A DNA stretch of 60,455 nt, counting the filler. It is 5 parts of 5 records of this genome, joined end to end, with 100 filler letters (N's around TTAATTAATTAA, not from the genome) between each part and the next. Parts side by side here need not be neighbours in the genome. Positions count along the whole stretch, not along the records: positions 1 to 6,762 come from SRR2962707_3320; positions 6,863 to 14,307 come from SRR2962707_3321; 3 more parts are not named here. One strand, given 5' to 3'. The position numbers and the translations under genes were made by a program. Positions within the stretch are counted from its first letter, which is position 1, and every line of letters starts with the position of its first letter. The notes beneath the pieces were generated by a model that saw nothing but the letters and a program-made list of their open reading frames with translations, was not told the DNA's origin and did not search any database. Below are positions 1 to 9,800 of the stretch, in pieces.

Positions 1-1
1 T

Positions 2-895
2 GAAAACTTTGCCGCGATGAAGCGCAATGACTTGCTGTTTGGTCCGTGGGTCGAAGAAACACCGAATTTCGACTATGTCGATGTGGCAGGCAAACCCACC
101 GTAATCAATGATTTTACCGTGCCGACCAACGGACTTGAAGCACCGTGGGGCATGGCGCAGGTCAGTTTTTACTACGATACGGCCAAACATGATAACGTGC
201 CAAAATCAGCACAGGCATTGCTTGAATGGCTGGTGAAACATCCGGGTCGTTTTACCTATCCGCAACCGCCAAACTATATGGGGTCGACCTTCCTTAAACA
301 GATCCTGACCGAACTTGTGAAAGACCCGAAAGTATTGCAGCAACCCGCTGATGAAGTCGATGCGCAGAAAGTTCTGGCACCGCTTTGGGGATATCTTGAA
401 GATTTGCAGCCATTACTGTGGCGCAACGGGCAGGCCTATCCGCAGAACGGCGCATCAATGCGCACCCTTCTTGCCGATAATGAAGTTGATATCGCCTTTT
501 CGTTTAGTTCCGGCGAAGTGTCATCGGCGATTGAGGCGTTTGAACTTCCAGATACAGTGCGCTCCTATGTTTTTGACACAGGAACGCTTGGCAATACCAA
601 TTTTGTCGCCATCCCCTATAACGCATCGGCCAAGGCCGGGGCCGTGGTTCTGGGCGACTTCCTGATGTCGCCTGAAGCACAGCTGCGCAAACAGGATCCG
701 CAATATTGGGGCGCTGATACCGTTCTTGCGATGGATAAGCTGCCTGATGATATGCGCGATGCCTTTGCCAATCTTGATCTTGGCATTGCATCCCTGTCAC
801 CTGCCGAGCGCGGCACAGTTTTGCCTGAACCCCATCCAAGCTGGATGGAACTGGTCGAAGTTGAATGGCAGAAACATTACGGCGCGGTTCAATAA
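2..895 (+). CDS. ynjB: ABC transporter substrate-binding protein, YnjB-like (5'-partial, frame open to window edge)
   Basis: Motifs 'EAPWGMAQ', 'HPGRFTYPQPP', 'GNTNFVAIPYNA' and 'LPEPHPSW' are typical of YnjB-type SBPs. First gene of a SBP-permease-ATPase operon. Confidence 0.8.
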   Translation, partial: ENFAAMKRNDLLFGPWVEETPNFDYVDVAGKPTVINDFTVPTNGLEAPWGMAQVSFYYDTAKHDNVPKSAQALLEWLVKHPGRFTYPQPPNYMGSTFLKQILTELVKDPKVLQQPADEVDAQKVLAPLWGYLEDLQPLLWRNGQAYPQNGASMRTLLADNEVDIAFSFSSGEVSSAIEAFELPDTVRSYVFDTGTLGNTNFVAIPYNASAKAGAVVLGDFLMSPEAQLRKQDPQYWGADTVLAMDKLPDDMRDAFANLDLGIASLSPAERGTVLPEPHPSWMELVEVEWQKHYGAVQ

Positions 896-901
896 TCGCG
901 C

Positions 902-2587
902 ATGCTGCGATTTATTCCGATCCTGACAATTGTGATTATGATCGGCCCGGTTTCAGCCGGGCTGATTGGTACATTGTTGCCGGCATTTGGCATTTTGCCG
1001 GCTCTTGGCGGCAATAGCCCAAGCCTTGATGCCTGGGCAGTGTTATTTGCCCAGCCGGGGCTTGATCAATCCATTCGGTTGTCCTTGGTCAACGGGCTTG
1101 CCGCGACCTTGATATCGGTTGTGCTTGTTTTGCTGTTTTGTGCCGCTTGGCAGGGCACCGCGGTTTTCCGCATGATGCAACGGGTATTGTCGCCAATCTT
1201 ATCGGTGCCACATGCAACGGCGGCATTCGGTTTGGCGTTCCTGATTGCGCCATCGGGCTGGATTGCGCGTGTTGTGGCACAGTTTGCCGGATGGGATCGA
1301 CCGGTCGATATCGCGATTATAAACGATCCGCTGGGGATGGCGATGGTGGCGGGATTGGTCGCCAAGGAAATCCCGTTCCTGTTTCTCATGACATTGGCGG
1401 CCTTGCCACAGGCAGAAACAGAACGCACCGCCCAGATCACTGCAACATTGGGATATGGCCGGATTGCCGGATGGTTCAAGGCAAGTTTGCCGCGCATATA
1501 CCCGCAAATCCGTTTGCCGATACTGGCCGTTCTGGCCTATTCGACGTCGGTTGTCGATGTCGCGATGATTTTGGGGCCGACCACACCGGCCCCATTGGCC
1601 GTGCGTATTCTTGGATGGTTGTCCGACCAGGATCTGGCATATCGGTTTATGGCATCAAGTGCGGCCGTGCTTCAGTTACTTATTGTGATTGTTGCGATGG
1701 GGATATGGATCCTTGGCGAGAAGCTTGTAGGCGTTACCGGACGCCACTGGGCCGAAGACGGGCATCGGTTTAAACGCGACGACGGGCTTCGGCGGTTTAG
1801 TGCCGTTCTGGCCGGCATTGCTGCAGGGGCGGTTATCCTTGGTCTTGTGATCCTGCTGGTCTGGAGCATTGCCGGGTTCTGGGCCTTTCCCGATATGTTG
1901 CCGCGCAATTTCAGTTTCCGTCTTTGGATGCGGGAATTTGATATGATCGGGACCAGCCTGTGGGTGACGTTGCTGATTGGTATTCCCGCGGTTTTGATTG
2001 CGGTGGCGCTTGTTCTGGGCTGTCTGGAAAATGAAATACGCATTGGCCATGGACCGGGACGCGGGGCCATATGGCTGATTTACGTGCCCCTTCTGGTGCC
2101 GCAGATCAGCTTTATGTTCGGGTTACAGGTCTTCTTTACCCTGATCGGGCTGGAACGCACATTATATGCCGTCGTCTTGGCCCATCTGGTGTTTGTTTTG
2201 CCCTATGTGTATCTGTCGCTTTCTGATCCGTTTCGCGCAGTTGATCCACGTTATGGGCAAACGGCCCTGTGTCTTGGGGCATCGCCAAACCGGGTGTTCT
2301 GGCAGGTTCGCTTGCCGTTGCTTACCCGTGCAATTTTGACAACCATGGCTGTTGGACTGGCGGTAACGGTTGGTCAGTATCTGCCAACTTTATTGATCGG
2401 GGCCGGTCGATTTGCCACGGTAACGACCGAGGCCGTCGCACTGGCATCTGGTGGCGATCGCCGAATGATCGGGATTTATGGATTGCTGCAAATGGTTCTG
2501 CCATTTGCCGGATTTGTCTGTGCACTTTTGATACCTGCCATTCTGTTCCGTCATCGACGGGGCATGAATGTGCAAAGTAAAGGATAA
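902..2587 (+). CDS. ynjC: ABC transporter permease with two fused TM modules, YnjC-like
   Basis: Very hydrophobic 561 aa with two EAA-like loops ('TAQITATLGYGR', 'QTALCLGASP'). Starts 6 bp after the SBP stop. Confidence 0.85.
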   Translation: MLRFIPILTIVIMIGPVSAGLIGTLLPAFGILPALGGNSPSLDAWAVLFAQPGLDQSIRLSLVNGLAATLISVVLVLLFCAAWQGTAVFRMMQRVLSPILSVPHATAAFGLAFLIAPSGWIARVVAQFAGWDRPVDIAIINDPLGMAMVAGLVAKEIPFLFLMTLAALPQAETERTAQITATLGYGRIAGWFKASLPRIYPQIRLPILAVLAYSTSVVDVAMILGPTTPAPLAVRILGWLSDQDLAYRFMASSAAVLQLLIVIVAMGIWILGEKLVGVTGRHWAEDGHRFKRDDGLRRFSAVLAGIAAGAVILGLVILLVWSIAGFWAFPDMLPRNFSFRLWMREFDMIGTSLWVTLLIGIPAVLIAVALVLGCLENEIRIGHGPGRGAIWLIYVPLLVPQISFMFGLQVFFTLIGLERTLYAVVLAHLVFVLPYVYLSLSDPFRAVDPRYGQTALCLGASPNRVFWQVRLPLLTRAILTTMAVGLAVTVGQYLPTLLIGAGRFATVTTEAVALASGGDRRMIGIYGLLQMVLPFAGFVCALLIPAILFRHRRGMNVQSKG

Positions 2588-2590
2588 GGA

Positions 2591-3238
2591 ATGCCAGTTT
2601 CGGGCAAGACAGGTCTTGAGTTGCGCGATGTGCGCATAAGCCTTGATGGGCGCGAACTTATGAAGGTCAATCTGACCATCGCACCGGGCGAGGTCGTAAC
2701 CCTGATGGGACCAAGCGGATCGGGGAAATCAAGCCTGCTGGGCCATATCTGCGGAACGCTTCCGGCCCAGTTTACAATATCGGGCGAAGTTATCCTTGAT
2801 GGCATGGCGCTTGATGGCTGCGCGCCGCAGGATCGCCATGTCGGCATTCTGTTTCAGGATGATCTGTTGTTCCCGCATTTATCGGTTGGCGGCAATCTGG
2901 CCTTCGCGCTGCCATCGCAGGTCAAAGGCAAAGCAAACCGTCGTGAGCGGGTTGAAGAAGCCCTGATCAGTGCCGGGATGGAGGGGTTTTACGATCGTGA
3001 TCCGGCAACCTTATCAGGTGGGCAACGAGCACGTGTTGCATTGATGCGGGTTTTGGTCTCAGAACCTTGCGCGCTTTTGCTTGACGAACCATTTTCAAAA
3101 CTTGATAGCGGGCTTCGTGATCAGATCAGGTCGTTTGTTTTTGATCTTGCGCGCAAAAACGGGCTGCCGACTTTGATGGTGACCCATGATCCCGAAGACG
3201 GCGCGGCTGCAGGTGGCAGGGTTATCAATCTGGCCTGA
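2591..3238 (+). CDS. ynjD: ABC transporter ATP-binding protein, YnjD-like
   Basis: Walker A GPSGSGKS, Q-loop FQDDLLFPHL, signature LSGGQ, Walker B LLLDEPF, H-loop VTHD. Confidence 0.9.
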   Translation: MPVSGKTGLELRDVRISLDGRELMKVNLTIAPGEVVTLMGPSGSGKSSLLGHICGTLPAQFTISGEVILDGMALDGCAPQDRHVGILFQDDLLFPHLSVGGNLAFALPSQVKGKANRRERVEEALISAGMEGFYDRDPATLSGGQRARVALMRVLVSEPCALLLDEPFSKLDSGLRDQIRSFVFDLARKNGLPTLMVTHDPEDGAAAGGRVINLA

Positions 3239-3361
3239 CGTTTTGTGATATCGGCAGTGCCAAATTTGCTGGCAACCGGCGTGAATTGGCCCTATAGCAT
3301 CTTACCGCCCAAAATGTTTTGTGCTTAAGTCATCAGATTAAGCAGCCGCGCGGCATGGAGA

Positions 3362-3925
3362 ATGTCGTCAATGTTTCCAGATGAAATGTATGCTGTTGTT
3401 CCAGATGCCCTTGATGGCGAGACGTGCGAACGCCTGATCAATGGTTTCGCCAATGACATGGATGATGGCGGACTTGTTCAAGGACAGTCGGCAACCCATA
3501 TCCGGCAATCGAAAATCACGTGGTTTAACGAAGAACAGGAACCGGCTGTGTCGCGCCGGATCACGGACCTTGTGGCCGATGTGAACCGCAACTGGTTTGA
3601 TTTTTCCCTGACCGACTTTGCCGAAGACGCGCAGATTGCCTGTTATGTTGGCGATCAGCGCGGCCATTATGACTGGCACAGTGATATCGGATCATCTGAA
3701 GTGGCGCGGCGGCGCAAGATGACCTTGGTTATTCAGCTTTCTGAACCTGATCAGTATGAAGGCGGGTTGCTGCAACTCAATCCGGCGGGGCATTTCATTG
3801 ACGCGCCAATGGAACGCGGAACGGCGATCTTTTTCCCAAGCTTCGTTTTGCACCGGGTTGCGCCAACCACAGCGGGCTTACGTTATTCCCTGACCCAATG
3901 GGTGCATGGCAACCCGTTCCGATAA
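3362..3925 (+). CDS. 2OG-Fe(II) oxygenase (prolyl-hydroxylase/PKHD-like)
   Basis: HxD ('YDWHSD'), 'YEGG', 'FFPSFVLHRVAP' and the 2OG-binding RxS ('RYSL'). Confidence 0.9.
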   Translation: MSSMFPDEMYAVVPDALDGETCERLINGFANDMDDGGLVQGQSATHIRQSKITWFNEEQEPAVSRRITDLVADVNRNWFDFSLTDFAEDAQIACYVGDQRGHYDWHSDIGSSEVARRRKMTLVIQLSEPDQYEGGLLQLNPAGHFIDAPMERGTAIFFPSFVLHRVAPTTAGLRYSLTQWVHGNPFR

Positions 3926-3931
3926 TTCCGT

Positions 3932-4333
3932 TTAATAGCGCTCTAACCGATCCAGAAGACGCGGATTGCCCCATTTGGGCTGACGGTCTTCAAGGGCGGC
4001 TTCATGATGGAAAATCTGGTCATTGTCGGCGGTCTGTTTGTCCAGACGCAGACTGATCCAGCGCGGTACGAGTTCATTGTTGAAATCGTCCATCAGCAGC
4101 ACCGCCGCACTTTCGAAATTATCAAAGTCGATGTTTGATATCTCGGCGTAATATTGCGCAAGGTTGTCGGTCTTAAGGATCAAGCGATCCGGCACATAGC
4201 GCAGCGTCATGCGGGCAGGGAAAACGTTTTTCGTACCGGTCAGGTTGCTTTGCAACGTCACGACATAATCAACCTGCGGGCCCGGATTTGGTTCCGTCAG
4301 GATCAGGTTTCGACGTTGATAAATTTCAAGCAT
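3932..4333 (-). CDS. QueF-like (T-fold) protein lacking catalytic motifs. Likely start is ATG 4333; the ORF track extends it to 4405.
   Basis: 'LTEPNP..DYVVTL...LRYVPDRLIL...L..YY...FE......DD....L.PRWI' follows the QueF layout. It has no Cys, no 'CPxTGQPD' and no 'ESKSLKLY'. Confidence 0.55.
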   Translation of the reverse strand: MLEIYQRRNLILTEPNPGPQVDYVVTLQSNLTGTKNVFPARMTLRYVPDRLILKTDNLAQYYAEISNIDFDNFESAAVLLMDDFNNELVPRWISLRLDKQTADNDQIFHHEAALEDRQPKWGNPRLLDRLERY

Positions 4334-4426
4334 GTCTTCTAACCGTTTCCATTTTTTAAGGTGACGTAAGGATACGCGCCTGCCAGTAACAGGAAAAGCA
4401 TTCATTTCAGGGATATGGCGGGCGTT

Positions 4427-6079
4427 TTAAGCTTCGATCCCATGATGGGAATTGGGGCCGCCATCGTCGCCCGTCGGTGCCAGGCGGACAAAGCGCGATC
4501 CATCCTGAAACAGGATGTGCCCCTTATATCCCGATATTTGCAAAGCTTCGCGGAAGATGCCGCGAATATCGTCACGGTTATGCGATTGCAACGGGTTTTC
4601 CGTGCGAATGATCAGATCAAATTTGCTGTCTTCGCCTTTGACCAATCCATCAAGTTGGGTATGGCCGACGGCGCTAAAGGACAGATCAAGCAGGAAGCGG
4701 GTTCCCTGATCATCTTTTTTGTCGGGATCATCTTCACGATCACCGTGGCGCCAGCCCAGTTGAAGCTGTTCGATTTTATCACCCATATTGAATGGCATGG
4801 CCATCACACGCCAGCCATCCGGGCGATCATCACTTGCCATGGCGCGCAACTGGGCAAAGTCGCCCTCAAGTCGTTTCAGCCCGCCACCATCAATATCTGA
4901 CAAACTTGAAAGACTGTTCGCAGCACGATCCCCCATCCAGCTACGGATACCAGTGCCCTTGCCTGTCATCGCGGCAAAAAAGAACATCATCGTTGTGGTC
5001 AGTTTCGGGCCAGCCTGCGGCAGGTTGTTCAAAAGCGACATGGCAGCACCCGGATCATGCTGCTGAAGTGCTGTGACGGCCGTTTGCAGGCTGCTCCAGT
5101 CGCGTGACAGGGCGGCATTCTGACCGCGCGCAATCAGTTCTGCCTCGGTCATTGGCATGGAGGTCGTAACCTTGCCACTGCCCGATGCATCAACGCTAAA
5201 GGATAAGGTTGCCCCGACAGGGGCCGGTACGGGCAGTTTGATCCCGACAATTCCGGCCGATGTGCGCAAAGCCGTAAAGCCCTGAGGCAACATGCGGGCT
5301 TCGGCGCTATCAGATGGCAAAACGGTTCCGCTTAGCAACAAGGCGGGACTTGGTTGCCCGGCAAGTTGGGGTGTCCCAGTCGCAGGTGTCGCCCCTGCTG
5401 TCGCCATACCAACCGCGCCGCCGGCAGCAGCCCCACCGCCAGCCCCACCAGCAACCAAACCACCTGCGCCGCCCGCTGCACCGCCACCCGCAGCCGCATT
5501 CAGGACATTGGCGGCCTGCAGTGGCGTTACGGTGCCTTGGCCAAGGAAGATGACTTGTGTCTGACTTCCTGCGGGCAATTGCGTGCCATTGGGCATGGTC
5601 AGGATCGACGTGGTCATGGCGCTAAAGGTTTGACCGGGTGTTAGGGTGGTTGCGGAGATGTTGCCAGCTGAAAGACCACCTGATGCACCGGGGGTCAGCG
5701 TTTGCGGCAGAAGTTGCAGGCGCATACCATCAGCAGGATTTCCGCCTGCTTGCCCTGTGCCGGGATTGGTTGTTGGAATGCGGGCCCAGATCAGATCGCC
5801 AAGATTACCCGGAAGTTGCGCAGGTACCTTTACGGTGACCTGCCCAAGGGCGGTGGCCAATGTAAGCTGATTGCCAGACTGCGATTGAATTGACGCCTGC
5901 AAAAGGGTCTCAACAGGCAGCTTGGCCAAGGCCGCAGCGATCTGCGGCGATGTTGCATTGGTAACGGTGGCGGTCACCTGTGCCGGGACCGATCCCTGGC
6001 CTGATTGTGCCGATGCGCCCGCCGAGGCCTGACCACCGACCGAAGGACCGGGTGATATGGCTTGTGGCGGGAGCGTCAT
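4427..6079 (-). CDS. FliK-like flagellar hook-length-control-type protein (long G/A/P/T-rich N-terminus, compact C-terminal domain)
   Basis: Low-complexity N-terminus. C-terminal 'RFLLDLSFSAVGHTQLDGLV...FDLIIRT' resembles FliK_C/T3S4. Lies 7 bp downstream of flhG. Confidence 0.5.
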   Translation of the reverse strand: MTLPPQAISPGPSVGGQASAGASAQSGQGSVPAQVTATVTNATSPQIAAALAKLPVETLLQASIQSQSGNQLTLATALGQVTVKVPAQLPGNLGDLIWARIPTTNPGTGQAGGNPADGMRLQLLPQTLTPGASGGLSAGNISATTLTPGQTFSAMTTSILTMPNGTQLPAGSQTQVIFLGQGTVTPLQAANVLNAAAGGGAAGGAGGLVAGGAGGGAAAGGAVGMATAGATPATGTPQLAGQPSPALLLSGTVLPSDSAEARMLPQGFTALRTSAGIVGIKLPVPAPVGATLSFSVDASGSGKVTTSMPMTEAELIARGQNAALSRDWSSLQTAVTALQQHDPGAAMSLLNNLPQAGPKLTTTMMFFFAAMTGKGTGIRSWMGDRAANSLSSLSDIDGGGLKRLEGDFAQLRAMASDDRPDGWRVMAMPFNMGDKIEQLQLGWRHGDREDDPDKKDDQGTRFLLDLSFSAVGHTQLDGLVKGEDSKFDLIIRTENPLQSHNRDDIRGIFREALQISGYKGHILFQDGSRFVRLAPTGDDGGPNSHHGIEA

Positions 6080-6086
6080 GGCACCA

Positions 6087-6761
6087 TTACTCCTCGAGAA
6101 GGATTTGTGCGATGGCCTCTATATCGTGGGCGGCATCGCAATTTGGATGACGGGTCAAAAGCGGTGTTTGATTGCGAATGCATTCCGAAACACGCGCATC
6201 AGCCCGAATGACACCCAGAAGCGGTGGCGAAATCTTAAGGAAGCCCTCGCAGGCTTTCAGAAGTTTACTATAGATCGCCTGACCTTCTTTTTTATCCTTG
6301 GCCATGTTGATGACGACCCGAATATCGGTTTTCGGGCGGGCCATGTGCGTGATCTTGATAAAGGCATAAGCATCGGTCAAAGAGGTCGGATCACCATTGG
6401 TGATGACAATCACTGTATTGGCAAGTCCGGTCATTTGACGGACACCCTGATCAACACCAGCGCCCAGATCGATCAGAACCTTGTCATAGGCTTTGCCGGT
6501 CTGAAGCAAATCATCAGACAGGGCCTGAAGCCGGGAGGCCGGAAGATTGGCAAGGCTGCCTGATCCACTGCGACCGGCAACAATGTCAAAACCGCCATCG
6601 GGGAAATGGGTGACGGCATCTTTCAGGCCGATACGGCCAGCAATGACACCGCCCAGATCATGTTTGGGCATCAGACCGAGCTGAATATCGATGTTTGCCA
6701 GACCAAGATCGCCATCAAACAGAAGCGCCTTTTGCCCTTCGAGAACCATGGCATGGGTCAG
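6087..6761 (-). CDS. flhG: MinD/ParA-family ATPase FlhG/FleN (5'-partial; P-loop lies beyond the contig edge)
   Basis: 'DGDLGLANIDIQLG', 'IDLGAG', 'DPTSLTDAYAFIK', 'VINMA'. Confidence 0.85.
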   Translation of the reverse strand: MTHAMVLEGQKALLFDGDLGLANIDIQLGLMPKHDLGGVIAGRIGLKDAVTHFPDGGFDIVAGRSGSGSLANLPASRLQALSDDLLQTGKAYDKVLIDLGAGVDQGVRQMTGLANTVIVITNGDPTSLTDAYAFIKITHMARPKTDIRVVINMAKDKKEGQAIYSKLLKACEGFLKISPPLLGVIRADARVSECIRNQTPLLTRHPNCDAAHDIEAIAQILLEE

Positions 6762-6762
6762 G

Positions 6763-6862
6763 NNNNNNNNNNNNNNNNNNNNNNNNNNNNNNNNNNNNNN
6801 NNNNNNTTAATTAATTAANNNNNNNNNNNNNNNNNNNNNNNNNNNNNNNNNNNNNNNNNNNN
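6763..6862. other. Artificial contig linker (N44-TTAATTAATTAA-N44)
   Basis: Exactly 100 nt with stops in all frames. Composition and gene style change across it. Confidence 0.98.
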
Positions 6863-6886
6863 AACAACAACAACAACAACAACAAC
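6863..6886 (+). repeat. (AAC)n microsatellite at contig start
   Basis: Directly visible. Reads as poly-Thr in the kinase-gene frame. Confidence 0.9.
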
Positions 6887-9800
6887 ATCATCTTCTTCGA
6901 GCCTCCTCCTCCTTCCCCTCTCGTCGTCCTCCTCCTCGTCCTTCTTGTTCTTCTTTGCTTGCTTCTTCTACGTCCTTCTCTTCGTCCAGCCAGTCGCGCC
7001 TCAAGCCATCAAGTCGTTCGAGTCTACGACCGGGGAATGGGCGTGGGTGTCCGGCTCAGGCACACGCCCAGCGGCGAACTACGGCTTCTGCGATGCCGGC
7101 GAGCTGCCCTGCGACTCAGCCGCTGACCTGCAGCCTGGAGGCCGTCTGTTCAGCGCGTCCTGGCAAGCGGTGACGTCAGCAACTGGGTCCGAGTCGCTGA
7201 CTCCCTCGGTGGACCTGTTCGTTTTCGGCGGGCTCAGCCAGGACGAGCAGCTGAACAACGACCTGTGGCGGTTCAACTACTCGCAGTGGGTGTGGGTCGG
7301 CGGGCAAAAGAGCTCGCAGCTCAACAACCCCAGCACTGACAAGTGGCCTGGGGATAGACTCGGGTCAGCCTCGTGGCTTCCACGCACTGCCAACCCTGGG
7401 GGCACGGGGGATGCCGTCTACGTGCTCGTGTTTGGGGGCTGGGGAATGGCGCGTAACTTTTCGGGGGAGTTTGTGGCGCTCGACGAGATGTGGGAGTTCT
7501 CGACAAGCCGACCCACGATGAGCTCCGCGACCGCGCGGCAGCTCAACCTCTCCTCTTCCGCGCCGCCCGCTCGCGCGTTCCCAGCGTATTGGTCTTTACC
7601 CCATGGCACTTCCGTCGATGTAATGACCCACTGGATGTTTGGTGGCTGGAACCCCAATGCAGGGTTCAACAGTGGCGAATCGTTCAACGACTTGTGGTCG
7701 TTCACGTTCGATCCGCTTCAGAATGACTCGACGATTCAATGGACCCAGCACGTTGCAGGGAGCAATAGCAATGACGACGACTGGCCAAGTGCCCGCCACG
7801 CTCCTGCAGTGTGGACCACTCCCTCGAAAGACAACTCTGGCTTGCTCACTTTCCTATTTGGTGGTTCTCGCTATTCCAACCCAAACCAGGCGAACCAGCC
7901 TATTATTCCTCTCAACGACCTCTGGCGCCTTGAGATGGCTCTCAGCGGAGGTAGTGCGCTGAATGGTTCAAGTTCGTGGGTGATCACGTGGACCTGCCTT
8001 CAGGCACTGCACAGTGACACGCAGTACAAACCTCCTCCTGTACATTTGCATGTCCCAACCACAACACACAGCCCACAGGGACGCGCTCACGCAGCCACGT
8101 GGGTGCTTGTTGATGCGGCCAATATAAGCGAAGTTCCGCATCCGTACTTCTATATGATGGGAGGTGCTGTTCAAACCGAAGAAAATGTGGCTGGAAATTA
8201 CGAAGCTCGCAATGACATGTGAGTTGCCCTGTTGCGGTCGACGAACGACTCAAACGAAGCACCTGCGCTCCGTTGTTTTTGTGTTTGTTTCTTGTGCATT
8301 CTTTTTGTGATTCTGAAAGCACTAGCAAGCACAAGTGTAAGCACCCGAACAGGGTTGGAATCACATTGACGACGCGAGGTCAATCCGCTTTCTTTTGGTT
8401 TTCAGGTGGCGTCTTAACATTACGCACGACAACACAGTTGTTTGGCAGTGGGTCGCTGGAAACCTGCAGTCCCCCGTGTCCGGAACGTACAACGTTCTGT
8501 CAGAGTTTGCGGCAAGTACTTACCCTGGATCCCGGTATGGTGCTGCACCGTTTTCGCTTCGCAAACTGACAAACAATACCCACGGAAGTGCAACGGCAAA
8601 GAACTGGACGATTGGTATTTTTGGTGGAGGGGGGTGAGTTTGGCGCTGTGTTCTTTCATCCACTCCCATTTGAGCAACACAAGGTCGAAACTGCGTCGCT
8701 CATGCAGCCTAATGAAGACGTGAACCAATGGGCGCTTGCTTGACCTTGCTGCATGACGACAGATGTGGCAGTACATGTGCGGACGACGAAATGGTACTAA
8801 ACGACGTGTGGGAAGGTCGTGTGACGCTTAAAGTACGTTTCCACGCCGACCTTGTCTTGTTTCTTTGACTTTGGTCACCATCGCATCATCATTCAGTGCA
8901 TGCAATAATTATGCATCTCATTCAACTTGCGTCGCTTCCTTGGCTGTTTCTGCATTATGCATATGCTGCGCCATAGGTGCAGCTTCTCGCTACGTGGCTT
9001 TGGGTGTTGATAACGTGCATAGCTCTGTTGGCTATCATCATTCCCTCCACAGTTTATATTCGGTTCGTCGCAGCCCTCACTCCGTGGAGAACGGCTATTT
9101 CAGACTCTATTTCGCGCAAGGCCAATCCAAAACCAATTTACCATTGTGTCTGTTCCTTTTTAAAACCAGCCGCAAGCGACGCCAGCTGGTCCGCGATCGG
9201 CGGTCTGAGAACGAAGCGCGCGCGCGACTAAGTATGCACAAGTTTCAAGACCACTTAATTGACTTTGAGGATCTTATATTTGGAGCACGGGTTGGCACAG
9301 GAGCAGCTGGCACCGTGTACAAGGCAAAGTTGAGGCGCCACACTGATGTGGCAGTCAAATCTGTGTCCATCCCGGTTCGTGGAAATGTTTTGCGCAATCA
9401 AAGGCTTTGCAGACGCATCGTTGCGGGTCGACTATTAACAACGAAATAGCCATGCTCCCAAATGCATGGTTGATCTTAGTACCGCTGCTTCCAACTTCTC
9501 ATTTTTTTGCAGGCGTGGGCAGCTGCCAGTATTACTATGGAAGAGCTTCTGTCAGAAGTGCAGATATTGAGGAGAATCCCTCATGAGCACATTGTTCGCT
9601 TGTATGGTCTTGCGCTGGAATGGCAAGAGCATGCTGCAACCGACACCGCATCGGTTGTTTCCCGCACTAGCTCTGTTGTGTCCAAAGCCACAACCACCAC
9701 CATAGACTCCCAAGACGATCTATATCATTCTACGGATGCCTTACAGCGAGCCATGACGGACCTCAAAGCTGTTCACATCGTGATGGAATTGTGCTCGTTT

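Noticed and set aside
3250-3272. Sigma-54 promoter upstream of the 2OG-Fe(II) oxygenase
   Set aside because: GG-to-GC spacing does not fit the -24/-12 rule on either strand.
6807-6818. Recurrent TTAATTAATTAA palindrome as a regulatory repeat
   Set aside because: It is the all-frame stop spacer within the linkers.
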